NCBI GenBank assembly: GCA_964541595.1 | Contig: CAZIRO010000003.1 | Span: 1-45,298 of the forward strand | Reading direction: 5' to 3' | Source: an uncultured Acidobacteriota bacterium | Lineage (GTDB): Bacteria; Acidobacteriota; HRBIN11 | Length of the DNA: 45,298 bases | In this document: positions 1 to 8,108 of the stretch, one piece after another | Numbering within the stretch: the stretch's first letter is position 1 | How the letters are laid out: each line of letters opens with the position of its first letter | The notes under the pieces: model-generated | Told to the model about the DNA's origin: nothing | Database searches by the model: none | The model's input: the letters and a program-made list of their open reading frames with translations, nothing else | Position numbers and translations under genes: made by a program

Positions 1-2
1 GG

Positions 3-122
3 TGGCCGCTCAGCATGCCGTTAATCGTGGCCGCGCCGGACGAAATACTGCTGACCGCCCGCAGGATCCGCCGGGACGGTGGTATTGCGGGCACCGGCAT
101 CGCCTACCTCTCCCTGAGATGA
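3..122 (+). CDS. Possible 3' end of a CDS that starts left of the window (…PLIVAAPDEILLTARRIRRDGGIAGTGIAYLSLR*). No family recognised.
   Basis: The frame is open from the window edge to TGA at 120-122. Third codon positions are strongly G/C, like the confident genes here. It is too short to identify. Confidence 0.2.
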   Translation, partial: WPLSMPLIVAAPDEILLTARRIRRDGGIAGTGIAYLSLR

Positions 123-243
123 AACGCGTCGACTCGACCCGCATGAGCACCCGCCTGCGCGCTTCCATACTCCCAAAAGGATACGCCTTACCTATCTGAT
201 CTGGCAGGGTTTGCCCATCGCTCTGATTGCTGCACATTGATGA

Positions 244-2151
244 TCACTTCATCGCGTGTACAGACACACGGGCACGATCCAGAACCCGATCCGGAGACTG
301 GACCAACTCACAGACAACCGTTCGCGCAGCAGACGACCAGTGAATTTCCCATCGGACCTGTTGATTGGGGACCACATCATGCGGTAAATCAAGCACGGTC
401 GCAGCCCGCGGATCGTTCTCCGAAAAACACCGAACCCGCACGGGATACGGAAAGTATTCGATATCTGCTCGATGCGGCCATACGACGTCGCCGGTATTCG
501 TTACACGCACCATGAGCCGCTGTGTTTCTGAGGCATCGTCCTGCACCCATGTCACCTGCCAGTGGGCCTGTACCTCTTCGGGGTCCAGAGGCGCCGGACA
601 GACATCGAAACGCAGCGGGATGGAGAGCAGGTGAACCCCCACATACCCCAATGCCCGGAACATCCGTTCGGCCTCGCCCGGATCCGGACGCTGCAGGCCG
701 AACGCGGGTACACGTGTCGGGGGCCAGCGTTCATGCACGTACCGTTCTATGGATAAGTGCAACCGGTGTGCCTGGTCCGGATAACGTACCGCAACGTTGT
801 GCTGCTCGCCGGGATCCCTGTCCAGATGGTATAACGCACCGCAACGCCATCGGATCCAGTACGTGTATTTCCACCGGCGTGTACGGATCGACCGTGTAGC
901 GTCTGCCATTAACATCACAAATGCACGCGACAGTCGGCGTTTCTCCGCATGCAGATGCAGGGGAATGCTATCGAACGGCACGAACGGCCAGCGGATTTTT
1001 GCAATGTTCAGCAGGGTGGCGTACAGGTCCACGAGCGAAACGAGTTCCTCATGTCGTTGATGGTGTCTCCAGGGGGGCCGGATGACCATCGGAATGTGCA
1101 GCATTTCGTCAAACGATACCATTCCGTGCATCCAGAACCGGTGTTCCCCAAACGCTTCCGCATGGTCCGCCGTGAGGATGATCCACGTCGTGCGCCCCCA
1201 GGGCTGTGCATCAATAAAACGCATCAGACGCCCGAACTCCCGATCCACCCAGCGCAAACCCGCGCGATAGTGTGCACGTAAAACGCGCCGCACTCTGGGT
1301 GGCACTCTACGGGGTTCGGTATGGATGATCTGGAACCGTCGTCGTATCTCGCTGTATGAAAGAAACGACCAGGACTCCCTGGGCGGTTGAAATGCCCACC
1401 CCGGTCCGCCGTACGGGGTATGCGGTTGAACAAAGTGAAGGTGCACGAAACACCGGTACCGGCAGACCGCCGGCAGGTCCCGAATGGCAACATCGACGAG
1501 AACATTCGGATACCATTTCGGCGTGTGCCGCGCGTGTGCATATTTGCCCAATTCCGGATGACGCACGTGAGCAAACCCCTGGGTCAGCAGAGTAAACGGA
1601 CTGAACGGTCCCGTATTCGCCGAAAGCACATAGGTCACATACCGGTGGCGTTGGAATAACTCGGCAAGCGTCACGTACGCCGGTGCCAGCAGGGGCTGCC
1701 GGGGATGGATACGATGGTGAAACGGTGTCTGACCGGTATAGAGCGACGCGATGGAGAGGGTTGTATTCGGCGCGGGTGCAAATGCACGGGTGAACACGTG
1801 CGATTCCCGGCAGAACCGCTCCACATGGGGCATGGACACCGGGCGACCCCGATGGTTTCCGCACGCCCTCGGGAACATGTCCCATCGGGCAGCATCGAAC
1901 GTGATCAACAGAATCCTTCGGGCAGGAGAAGACGGCACGCATGCCGTATTCAACAGCAGCGTAACAACCGCCAGCCCCACACCACGGATGTATATCCCTT
2001 CGATATACCGCAAACAGTCCATACCGATCGTTCGGAAAAGTGCGCGGTTTTCGGTGGATACACGATTCAACCTGTTGCGCCAGATCGCACGGATAGCAGC
2101 ACGAGAATGGCCGTTCCGTAAAAGCGTGTTTATCTTATATTGCCATCCCAT
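244..2151 (-). CDS. Sulfatase / alkaline-phosphatase-superfamily protein, membrane anchored, with a C-terminal extension of about 250 aa
   Basis: Motifs LLITFDAARWDMF and ILTADHAEAFGEHRFWMHG are typical of sulfatase-family (PF00884-like) enzymes. There is a hydrophobic N-terminal segment, GVGLAVVTLLLNT. The 744-aa track ORF runs upstream through the intergenic repeat, so I trimmed it to ATG 2151. ATG 2022 is an alternative start, and the more likely one if the promoter at 2132-2159 is real. Confidence 0.75.
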   Translation of the reverse strand: MGWQYKINTLLRNGHSRAAIRAIWRNRLNRVSTENRALFRTIGMDCLRYIEGIYIRGVGLAVVTLLLNTACVPSSPARRILLITFDAARWDMFPRACGNHRGRPVSMPHVERFCRESHVFTRAFAPAPNTTLSIASLYTGQTPFHHRIHPRQPLLAPAYVTLAELFQRHRYVTYVLSANTGPFSPFTLLTQGFAHVRHPELGKYAHARHTPKWYPNVLVDVAIRDLPAVCRYRCFVHLHFVQPHTPYGGPGWAFQPPRESWSFLSYSEIRRRFQIIHTEPRRVPPRVRRVLRAHYRAGLRWVDREFGRLMRFIDAQPWGRTTWIILTADHAEAFGEHRFWMHGMVSFDEMLHIPMVIRPPWRHHQRHEELVSLVDLYATLLNIAKIRWPFVPFDSIPLHLHAEKRRLSRAFVMLMADATRSIRTRRWKYTYWIRWRCGALYHLDRDPGEQHNVAVRYPDQAHRLHLSIERYVHERWPPTRVPAFGLQRPDPGEAERMFRALGYVGVHLLSIPLRFDVCPAPLDPEEVQAHWQVTWVQDDASETQRLMVRVTNTGDVVWPHRADIEYFPYPVRVRCFSENDPRAATVLDLPHDVVPNQQVRWEIHWSSAARTVVCELVQSPDRVLDRARVSVHAMK

Positions 2152-2159
2152 GGTGTCAA
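2132..2159 (-). promoter_or_regulatory. Putative sigma70-type promoter for the sulfatase-like gene (TTGACA-16 nt-TAAGAT)
   Basis: There is a perfect -35 TTGACA (reverse complement of 2154-2159). The -10 is weak: TAAGAT at 2137-2132. The promoter overlaps the alternative ATG at 2151. Confidence 0.35.
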
Positions 2160-2175
2160 ATACTGGTGGATCTGG

Positions 2176-2419
2176 GATCGGGAAATGGGACATGCGCACC
2201 ACCGGATCCACCGGTGTGCCGGTGGTCACCGGTCTCCGGTCCCGGATGGCGGGCATCAGGTCCCAGGTGTCAGGTGTCAGGTCCCAGGTGTTGGGTGTCA
2301 GGTATGCAGGTGTCAGGTATCCGGGACGGGAGACGGAAGACAGGGGACGGGGCATCGCATGGGCGGGGGATAGCGCATGACCGCATGGGGACCCACGGTG
2401 TCCCATGGCCTGTCCCGAT
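2176..2419 (-). repeat. TIR-bounded intergenic repeat, copy 1a, in reverse orientation relative to the copy at 24904
   Basis: It aligns by eye along its whole length with the reverse complement of 24904-25149. The right TIR is tgtcccatggcctgtcccgat (2399-2419). The left TIR, gatcgggaaatgggaca, lacks about 5 nt. An internal CAGGTNN heptamer tract lies at about 2257-2320. Confidence 0.85.
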
Positions 2420-2437
2420 TTCAGCTGGCGGATCCGG

Positions 2438-2497
2438 GATCGGGACGGGAAACGGGACAGGGGCACGACCGGATCCACTCAATGGATCCACTCAATG
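2438..2497 (+). repeat. Partial repeat copy 1b (left-end fragment only) ending in a 13-bp tandem duplication
   Basis: gatcgggacgggaaacgggacaggggc resembles the left TIR of the copy at 11667. It is followed by ggatccactcaat twice, at 2471-2483 and 2484-2496. Confidence 0.6.
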
Positions 2498-2552
2498 GTA
2501 CAGAGGAGCGTTTTTCCCAGCGCACGGTCATCCCCCGTAAGGAGAAGCGTGC

Positions 2553-3623
2553 ATGCACGATACGCTATTTCCGCCCGATCCGCTCGGATGGCCGGCCGGA
2601 TTTGCGGTTCTGGTCAGTCTGAAAGTCCTGGGGTTCCTGTGGCACGCACTGTGCATGCACATCTGGCTCATCGGGCTTCCGCTCGCAGCGGGGCTCATCC
2701 GGCGTGGGGTGCCTCTCGGCGAACGGATCCTGCGCAGTATGCCGTTCGTTCTGGCGTTCGGTATTAACGGCGGTATCGTCCCCCTGCTCTTTTTGCAAAC
2801 GCTGTACGGACCATTCTTTTTCACCACGACCATTCTGGCAGCGTGGTTCTGGCTGAGCGTCATACCGGCGCTTCTCATCGCATACAGTCTCGTGTATCTC
2901 GCCGTATCCGGATGGCGTCGTGTTCTCACGTCACTGGTCGCTTCGGGCCTGCTATTCGCCATCGGCGGGGTCTTTGCGTCGACGATGCATCATATGGCAC
3001 AACCCGACGCACTGGTGCGCACATTTCTGACAACTGCGGACGCGGGCGCGGTTGCCGGAACACATTTCTGGGTCGACGCAGCATCGATACTGCGGTATGC
3101 ATTGACCATTGGGATGGCCTGTGGCACGACGGCCGTATGGATTGCGTGGCTCGTCTCCCGGTCCGGCGAGACAGGTTTCCGGGAGGCGTCTGCGCAATGG
3201 ATATGGCACCTGTATGGTTTGGGAACGATCGTATACGCACTTGCGGGCTGGCTGTACCGTCCGTATATCCGTGCGTACGTACCCGACGTGTGGATGTGGC
3301 TTACCGGCGCCAGTGTGCCCCTCGCGTTCGGTGTGGTGGTCATATGGTCCCGTCATCCCACCCGGAGATGGCGTATGGCCATGACGATTGCGCATCTCCT
3401 CGCCGTGGGGATGAACGGGATCAGCCGGCAGATCGTGCAAACCGGGAAACTCGCCGTATGGACCGACCAATGGACGGTCCCGGTGCGATACGACTGGGGC
3501 GGGATCACGCTGTTCCTCATTACGCTGGGTATCGGCATCGGCATCGTGTACTGGATCGCCAGGAAAACCATCTGGGCGAGGTCTGCCACCGATGCATCAG
3601 GCGTGCAACCTTCCGGGAAGTGA
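2553..3623 (+). CDS. Polytopic integral membrane protein, function unknown
   Basis: A 356-aa ORF with many hydrophobic segments of 20-25 residues (e.g. FAVLVSLKVLGFLWHAL, ITLFLITLGIGIGIVYWIA). An RBS-like aaggag lies upstream of the ATG. Confidence 0.6.
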   Translation: MHDTLFPPDPLGWPAGFAVLVSLKVLGFLWHALCMHIWLIGLPLAAGLIRRGVPLGERILRSMPFVLAFGINGGIVPLLFLQTLYGPFFFTTTILAAWFWLSVIPALLIAYSLVYLAVSGWRRVLTSLVASGLLFAIGGVFASTMHHMAQPDALVRTFLTTADAGAVAGTHFWVDAASILRYALTIGMACGTTAVWIAWLVSRSGETGFREASAQWIWHLYGLGTIVYALAGWLYRPYIRAYVPDVWMWLTGASVPLAFGVVVIWSRHPTRRWRMAMTIAHLLAVGMNGISRQIVQTGKLAVWTDQWTVPVRYDWGGITLFLITLGIGIGIVYWIARKTIWARSATDASGVQPSGK

Positions 3624-4683
3624 TCTGGCGCAGCGATTGTTGCAACACTTCCGGGCGTATACACGCGATCCCGCCGTCTGGGAAGATCTGTGGCTACAGA
3701 TCTTTCACCACCAGCGGAAACACCATCCGATCTATCGCCGATTCGTTCAGGTCTATCGGACCGACGTTCGGACATATCGCGACATCCCGCCGGTGCCCAT
3801 CACCGTTTTCAAATACCACTGGATCGGCATCGGTCCGCCCGAACAGGCGGCCATGATCTTCCGCAGTAGTGGTACCACACGGGGTATCGCGGGACGGTCA
3901 CAGCACCCGTTCTTCCGCCCGGAACTGTATCGCACGGCCGCACTACGCCATTTCCAGACCATGGTGCTTCCGGACCGTTCGACGATCCGGATGCTCATTC
4001 TGGGACCGACGACCCGGTATATCGCAGACTCCTCTTTAGGACAGATGCTGGACTGGATTCGAACCGCATTCGGCACGCCGGACAGTCTACATGCCTGGAC
4101 ACCAGAAGGCCCGGACCTCGCGCGTGCTACGGAGTGGATCCTCCGGTATCGTTCGGAAGAAACGCCCATCCTGATCTTCGGGACGGCCATTGCGCTCTAT
4201 GAATGGACGGTGTGGATCCGGGAACGGCAGATTTCCGCTGGACCGCTACCGCCGGGCAGTCGTATTGTGGAAACGGGCGGATTCAAGGGACGGCGCATTC
4301 AAATCGATCGGTGGACGTTATATCGCGATCTGCATGCGCTGTTTCAGGTTCCGCTGGAACTCATCGGGAGTGAATACGGCATGACCGAACTCGGTAGTCA
4401 GTTCTACGATAATACGTTCCGGGCGCATCTCACGGGTACAACCGTGCTCCGGCGGCGGTTGATCGGTCCCCCATGGGTATACGTACAGATCTGGGACCCG
4501 CACCGGTGGCAACCCGCACCGTCAGGCGACACACCTGGACCGATCTGCGTGTTCGATCCTGTGAATCTGGACTCTATCGCTTTCATCGTTACCGAAGATA
4601 TGGGCACACTGGACGATGCCGGTCTGATCCTGCACGGTCGACTCCCGGGTGCCGAGCCCCGGGGGTGCAGCCTCATTGCATGA
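3592..4683 (+). CDS. LuxE-like acyl-protein synthetase / adenylate-forming enzyme
   Basis: The N-terminal pattern IFHHQRKHHPIYRRF…IPPVPITVFK…FRSSGTTRG…SQH matches my recollection of the LuxE family (PF04443) signature. The size, about 360 aa, fits. It overlaps the upstream membrane-protein gene by 32 nt. Confidence 0.6.
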   Translation: MHQACNLPGSDLAQRLLQHFRAYTRDPAVWEDLWLQIFHHQRKHHPIYRRFVQVYRTDVRTYRDIPPVPITVFKYHWIGIGPPEQAAMIFRSSGTTRGIAGRSQHPFFRPELYRTAALRHFQTMVLPDRSTIRMLILGPTTRYIADSSLGQMLDWIRTAFGTPDSLHAWTPEGPDLARATEWILRYRSEETPILIFGTAIALYEWTVWIRERQISAGPLPPGSRIVETGGFKGRRIQIDRWTLYRDLHALFQVPLELIGSEYGMTELGSQFYDNTFRAHLTGTTVLRRRLIGPPWVYVQIWDPHRWQPAPSGDTPGPICVFDPVNLDSIAFIVTEDMGTLDDAGLILHGRLPGAEPRGCSLIA

Positions 4684-5473
4684 TCCCACGATGAAACCAC
4701 AGGTACAATCCGACGAACTCCCCCATCAACGTGACGACCATCGCCGCATACAGAATCCCGGTGGCCGACTGGGTGGAACGAATTTTTGCCGTCTGATAGA
4801 CCATCCAGGCAAATACGGGAGCCAGGAACAGTCCCAATCCCCACCGCTGGAATAGAAAAACCGTATCCAGAGAATACCGTGTGAGCAACGGCCGTACGGT
4901 GTCCCACTGCAGCCACGTCCACCCGATCGCCCAGCACAGGCGCAGACAGGCGATGGTACAATACGCCAGGCTCATCCGTTCCAGCGCCCGGATACTCAAT
5001 GCGGGATTCACCAGGTACCAGTGCCCGAGCACCATGGCCGTACTGACCGTACCCATATCGAGCGCCGAGAGCAGATACGTCCCCGATACGGTCAACAGCC
5101 GCACCCAACCCCCCGCCGAGACGGGTCCCGTCGGCAGATCCGCACCGGCGCGCAGCCACCAGATCAAACCGATTCCGATGAGTCCCCACCAGGCCCACGC
5201 GCTCCAGCGCAGGGGAACCCATAGGGCCAACCCGATCCAGAAAAGTACCGCGATCAGCCATGTCCAGTGCCAGAACGCGACCGAATGGAAGAACGCAACC
5301 GAAACCACCGGCACCGGCTGGGCCAGGCCTCCCAGGGTGATCACCAGAATCGCGGCAATACATGCGGCGATCAGGATAAACAGACCCCGTCCCGTTTGTT
5401 GCGGACGCAACAACCCCATACTGATCGTACTGCCCAGCGCGATCCCCGTGAGACCCGCATAGAATACGGACAT
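4673..5473 (-). CDS. Trp-rich polytopic membrane protein, function unknown
   Basis: A 266-aa ORF, hydrophobic throughout. It starts 12 nt after the Rieske gene stop and is the last gene of the 7054->4673 operon. Confidence 0.6.
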   Translation of the reverse strand: MSVFYAGLTGIALGSTISMGLLRPQQTGRGLFILIAACIAAILVITLGGLAQPVPVVSVAFFHSVAFWHWTWLIAVLFWIGLALWVPLRWSAWAWWGLIGIGLIWWLRAGADLPTGPVSAGGWVRLLTVSGTYLLSALDMGTVSTAMVLGHWYLVNPALSIRALERMSLAYCTIACLRLCWAIGWTWLQWDTVRPLLTRYSLDTVFLFQRWGLGLFLAPVFAWMVYQTAKIRSTQSATGILYAAMVVTLMGEFVGLYLWFHRGIMQ

Positions 5474-5485
5474 CGGGTTTCCCCA

Positions 5486-5821
5486 TTACGATTGTCCTTG
5501 CGGGGGTTCCTCCGCGCGGATGGCGATCCATACCCATTCGTCCATTTCACGAATGGGATACACCCGTACGGTGACATCCGTACGGGTCACACATTGACCC
5601 GGGGACAGATGGAATCCCCACCCATGCCAGGGACAGTACACGACTTCCTCCCGGCGATATCCGCAGACCAGAGGCCCGCCCGCATGTGGACAGCGATTGG
5701 CAATGGCATACCACCGATTCGCCGTGCGAAATACGGCCACCCACTCGCCCTGCACAACCACCAGCCGGCCAGCACCCTCGGGAAAATCATTCCGATGCCC
5801 GATACGCACCCACGTCATCAT
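5486..5821 (-). CDS. Small Rieske [2Fe-2S] protein (NirD-like ferredoxin)
   Basis: It has the two Rieske cluster boxes, CPHAGGPL and CPWHGWGF. Its start codon abuts the stop codon of the upstream gene (5821/5822). Confidence 0.85.
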   Translation of the reverse strand: MMTWVRIGHRNDFPEGAGRLVVVQGEWVAVFRTANRWYAIANRCPHAGGPLVCGYRREEVVYCPWHGWGFHLSPGQCVTRTDVTVRVYPIREMDEWVWIAIRAEEPPQGQS

Positions 5822-7054
5822 TCAGGCCACATGCGTTGCCGCGATAATCTGCTCGATCTCGGCGTCGGAAAGGATGTGGTCCGATTTTTTCGCGTAATCA
5901 AAAATACGCTCCACGAGCGTGTCCGTCACCGGGTAACCGCGTTTTTTCAGCCAGTAGACCACATTGGACTTGCCGCTCAGGGGGCCGATTTCGATCTCCT
6001 GTGCACGTCCCACCCAGTGCGCAGGCACGCCGGAATAGACCATATTCGCCAGCATGACGTCGCCCCGGTTGAGGGCCTTGATCACGGCTGCAGCGTGCAC
6101 ACCGGTGGCCGTACGAAACGCATCCCGTCCGACGACCGGATAGTTGTTCGGAATCGGCACGCCCACGGCTTCAGAGACCGCGGCACAGTATTCCGGCAGT
6201 CGGGTCAAATCGTTATCGATATACCCGAGCAGTTTCAGATTCACGAGAATGAGCTCCATCGGCGCATTACCGGCGCGTTCACCGATGCCGATAGCAGCAC
6301 CATGCACCCGATCCGCACCACCCTCGATGGCGGCCAGCACATTTGCGATATCCAGTCCCCGGTCCCGATGTCCGTGCCAATCAATACGAATCTGTTCTCC
6401 CGTGCGGTCACAGAGTTCCCGAATAAAACGCGTGACCCGGTATGCACCTTTTGGTGTCGCATGCCCGACCGTATCCGCAATACAGACGGCCCGTGCACCA
6501 CACGCGATCGCCGTCGTATACAGCCGCGTCAGTACCTCCGGATGAGCACGCGTCGTATCTTCGGTGACAAACATGACCGGCAACCCGTGTTGTACGGCAA
6601 ATGTGACGGACTCTTCGATACATCGCAACAGAAAATCAATGGACCACCCTTCGACGTCCATACGAATCGGACTGGAACCGATGAACAGACAGGCTTCGAT
6701 CGGGCGGCCGATCTTTTCCGCAATGTCCACGATCGGTTCCACGTCACGGACAACCGTCCGGGCCGCGCAGTTCGGAGCGACGCGCAAATTTGCCTGGACG
6801 ATCTCCTGCGCCAATCGCAACGTATGTTCGTATGCACGCGGACCCGCACCGGGCAACCCGATATCCGCCGTATCCATCCCGAGTGCATCCATCAGGTGGA
6901 GGATCCGGATCTTCGCCTCGATCGGCGGATCGATCACGGATGGGTTTTGCAATCCGTCGCGCAGGGTTTCATCGTCCAGCATGACCCGTTTTTTCGGGGG
7001 CTCCGCCTCGCCGGCGGTATTCCAGTCGTAGATCAACGCATACACGTCCGCCAT
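5822..7054 (-). CDS. 2-isopropylmalate / homocitrate synthase-family (DRE-TIM metallolyase, HMGL-like) enzyme lacking the LeuA regulatory domain
   Basis: Motifs LDDETLRDGLQ, DTVGHATP and WHGHRDRGLDIAN. The start was moved to ATG 7054, which is preceded by ggggagg. The track start at 7093 lacks an RBS. Confidence 0.8.
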   Translation of the reverse strand: MADVYALIYDWNTAGEAEPPKKRVMLDDETLRDGLQNPSVIDPPIEAKIRILHLMDALGMDTADIGLPGAGPRAYEHTLRLAQEIVQANLRVAPNCAARTVVRDVEPIVDIAEKIGRPIEACLFIGSSPIRMDVEGWSIDFLLRCIEESVTFAVQHGLPVMFVTEDTTRAHPEVLTRLYTTAIACGARAVCIADTVGHATPKGAYRVTRFIRELCDRTGEQIRIDWHGHRDRGLDIANVLAAIEGGADRVHGAAIGIGERAGNAPMELILVNLKLLGYIDNDLTRLPEYCAAVSEAVGVPIPNNYPVVGRDAFRTATGVHAAAVIKALNRGDVMLANMVYSGVPAHWVGRAQEIEIGPLSGKSNVVYWLKKRGYPVTDTLVERIFDYAKKSDHILSDAEIEQIIAATHVA

Positions 7055-7246
7055 TTCGCACCTCCCCGTTGAACGCCCATGGACCGGGCGCACCGGAAAC
7101 CGTTGCCGCCTGGACCACGAGCCGGAAATACCATTATACCGTGAACTTCACGACGCAACAATTCAAACGAACGGTCGATAATGATGTGAAACGATTGAAC
7201 CCCATCCCATGGTGGTTCGGTCCATGTCCGTGTAAGGAGGAGACCC

Positions 7247-8068
7247 ATGATTTTACCTGCACTGGGCGCAGCACTCGGCCCCATTGTCTCGCAGATTGCG
7301 ACGTCGGTGCTGACTTCGGTCGTTTCACAGGCTGCCGGCCAGATTCTGCAGACCGCGCTCTCCGGGTTTCAACGTCTGGCCAGTCAGTTTTCCGGAACGT
7401 TTCAGGCAGCGTTTGCGGGTCCCGCGTTTCGCAGTACCGTATCGATCGCGGGACGCGGTACGTTCCCCGGACTGGGCATGATTCCCGGTGGACGCGTCAG
7501 TGGTCGGGTCAGCATTCGCACCCCTTTTGGACAGATCTCCGGGCAATTTGATTTCCGAACGGTGCTGGGCAACCTGTTGACCCCCACAGGTCCATTCATG
7601 GGCGCGATCCAGAGACTGCTTCCGGGTCTTGGTCCCCTGCTGAACAACATCCAGAACATCCTCCGTCGCATCTTCCCCGGTTTCTCCGGTATCCAGCTGC
7701 CGCGGTTGCCGTTCCCCGCTCGCATCCATGTCTGCGGGCAATTCGGAACGGCCGGCCCCACGGGCCATCCGACCGTAACTGCACGGCCGGCCGGTCCGCC
7801 GCCGACAGCCACGGCAGCGCCATCTACCGGCGGCGTGGGCAGAAGTGACGCGCTCAGCCAGTTGTCCGGGAACCTCTTCCGGGAAATGGGTGACATTCAG
7901 AACGAAATGAAAAACCTCAGCAAGATCAAAGACCCTGCAAAACGCATGCAAAAGATGATGGAACTGCAGATGCGCATGCAGCAGATCCAGCAGATGATCA
8001 CAATGATCTCCGAAATCCGCAAGAGCATGCACGATATGGCGATGCAGGTGCTGCGTTCGATGCGTTAA
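7247..8068 (+). CDS. Hypothetical protein. The N-terminal half is Gly/Pro/Ser-rich and the C-terminal part is helix-turn-helix, resembling type III secretion needle or translocator proteins.
   Basis: A strong RBS, taaggagg, precedes the ATG. The C-terminus is …KDPAKRMQKMMELQMRMQQIQQMITMISEIRKSMHDMAMQVLRSMR. The gene lies directly upstream of the TPR chaperone-like gene. Confidence 0.65.
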   Translation: MILPALGAALGPIVSQIATSVLTSVVSQAAGQILQTALSGFQRLASQFSGTFQAAFAGPAFRSTVSIAGRGTFPGLGMIPGGRVSGRVSIRTPFGQISGQFDFRTVLGNLLTPTGPFMGAIQRLLPGLGPLLNNIQNILRRIFPGFSGIQLPRLPFPARIHVCGQFGTAGPTGHPTVTARPAGPPPTATAAPSTGGVGRSDALSQLSGNLFREMGDIQNEMKNLSKIKDPAKRMQKMMELQMRMQQIQQMITMISEIRKSMHDMAMQVLRSMR

Positions 8069-8108
8069 ACCTCAAGACCCTTTCACCATATAGTCAGGAG
8101 GCACAATC

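Noticed and set aside
2-237. Track ORFs 2-199 (+) and 10-237 (-) at the left edge
   Set aside because: Both are Arg-rich with mediocre third-position GC. The third + frame, open from the edge to 122, has better coding character, so only that frame was listed, at low confidence.
2166-2540. Recurrent peptides (GHRGSPCGHA.SPAHAMP, PVATG.PVDPVV, SHFP…) in ORFs at about 2160-2540, 11566-11958, 24735-25153 and 38575-39086. These look like a small gene family.
   Set aside because: The similarity is at the DNA level, from the intergenic repeat, and is present in several frames and both orientations. The ORFs have no RBS and vary by heptamer indels that shift the frame.
2640-2655. A sigma54-like motif, TGGCAC-gcact-GTGCA, inside the membrane-protein CDS
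   Set aside because: The -12 box reads GTGC rather than TTGC and lies in the middle of a hydrophobic coding segment (LWHALCMH), with no gene to drive. It is probably chance.
5267-7072. A 601-aa ORF on the + strand
   Set aside because: It is antisense to the operon of the isopropylmalate-synthase-like gene, the Rieske gene and the membrane protein gene. It has low-complexity Arg/His-rich composition and no recognisable domain.
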